A stretch of 63,534 bases of DNA, filler included, from Octopus bimaculoides (Eukaryota): the NCBI RefSeq assembly GCF_001194135.2. It is 8 parts of 8 records of this genome, joined end to end, with 100 filler letters (N's around TTAATTAATTAA, not from the genome) between each part and the next. Parts side by side here need not be neighbours in the genome. Positions count along the whole stretch, not along the records: positions 60,576 to 63,534 come from NC_068991.1; 7 more parts are not named here. One strand, 5' to 3'. Below are positions 62,866 through 63,534 of this stretch, one piece after another. The notes under the pieces are model-generated. The model was not told the DNA's origin. It ran no database searches and was given only the letters and a program-made list of their open reading frames with translations. The number at the start of each line of letters is the position of its first letter. The first letter of the stretch is position 1. Made by a program: the position numbers and the translations under genes.

Positions 62866-62970
62866 CTTCTTTCAGTTTCCCTCTACCAAATCCACACACA
62901 AGGCTTTGGTCGGTCCGAGGCTATATATAGTAGATGACACTTGCCCAAGCTACTTACCACACAACCACTG
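62571..62970 (-). mobile_element. Near full-length family A/D SINE with internal (CA)(TA)(GA) microsatellite and head deletion
   Basis: Joins the D tail (62585-62780), the microsatellite and the A part (62865-62970) in one element. Confidence 0.85.
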
Positions 62971-63324
62971 CAGGGATTGTGTTTGCCTGTAGTTAAATCT
63001 ACTGGTATATGTCATAAGTTTGCCTCTTCATTTCATAATTATATTTAAGTCAAGCACATTCAATATTTTTCAGTCCTCTGTAAATCTCTCCATGGCGTGA
63101 CTATTCATGTTGTACGAAATTGATAACCCATCATTTCTGTATAATATAAAGCTATTAGAGGTGAGGCGCTATATGAATATGAGTCTTATTTGGCATTAAC
63201 TCTAACTCCCTTGTCTCGAAAGCACGGGAGGAATTCATCTTAATTAGAGAGTTAGAAAACAGAATTGTAATGAACGCAAAGATTTAGTTATACCATGACA
63301 ATTATGACTTCATAAAACAAATAA

Positions 63325-63330
63325 AAAATA

Positions 63331-63389
<59 letters not shown>

Positions 63390-63420
63390 TAATAATAATA
63401 ATGATGATGATGATAATAAA
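63325..63420. repeat. (AAT)n/(GAT)n microsatellite
   Basis: Direct run. Confidence 0.95.
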
Positions 63421-63534
63421 AGAAAGACAGTAAATCGTAATATATGTCACTTCTACATACATTCAATGTTACTGTTGTGAAAATTAAATGAACATACACG
63501 TATACACATAAAGTACGCATTGACTAGCACACCA

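Overview
Eukaryotic, AT-rich, microsatellite-dense draft scaffold with about 22 N-gaps (roughly 6 kb in total); seven are artificial 100-bp spacers of 44N+TTAATTAATTAA+44N. The repeat content looks like a cephalopod (probably Octopus) genome; this is inferred from remembered SINE families, not tested. I recognised no complete host gene, tRNA/rRNA gene or CRISPR array, and almost every listed ORF is a microsatellite or gap artefact. The window is intronic or intergenic and is filled with several tRNA-derived SINE families, decayed LINEs (R4/Dong-type RLE, L1/Tx1, RTE, CR1-like), a Penelope-like RT fragment, a Ty3/gypsy pro-RT fragment, a Tc1/mariner fragment and several foldback/MITE elements. 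Two or three minus-strand segments have good splice sites and may be exons of a large host gene. The best lead is a set of Penelope-type minimal hammerhead ribozyme motifs. One lies inside a tRNA-headed SINE (10180-10225) that carries an inverted partial copy at its 5' end, a second is at 39830-39873, and a degenerate third lies in a non-coding unit with Penelope-like inverted-plus-tandem architecture (42010-42852). A SINE/CR1 shared 3' tail and R4/Dong fragments joined to (AAT)n tracts are also directly visible.
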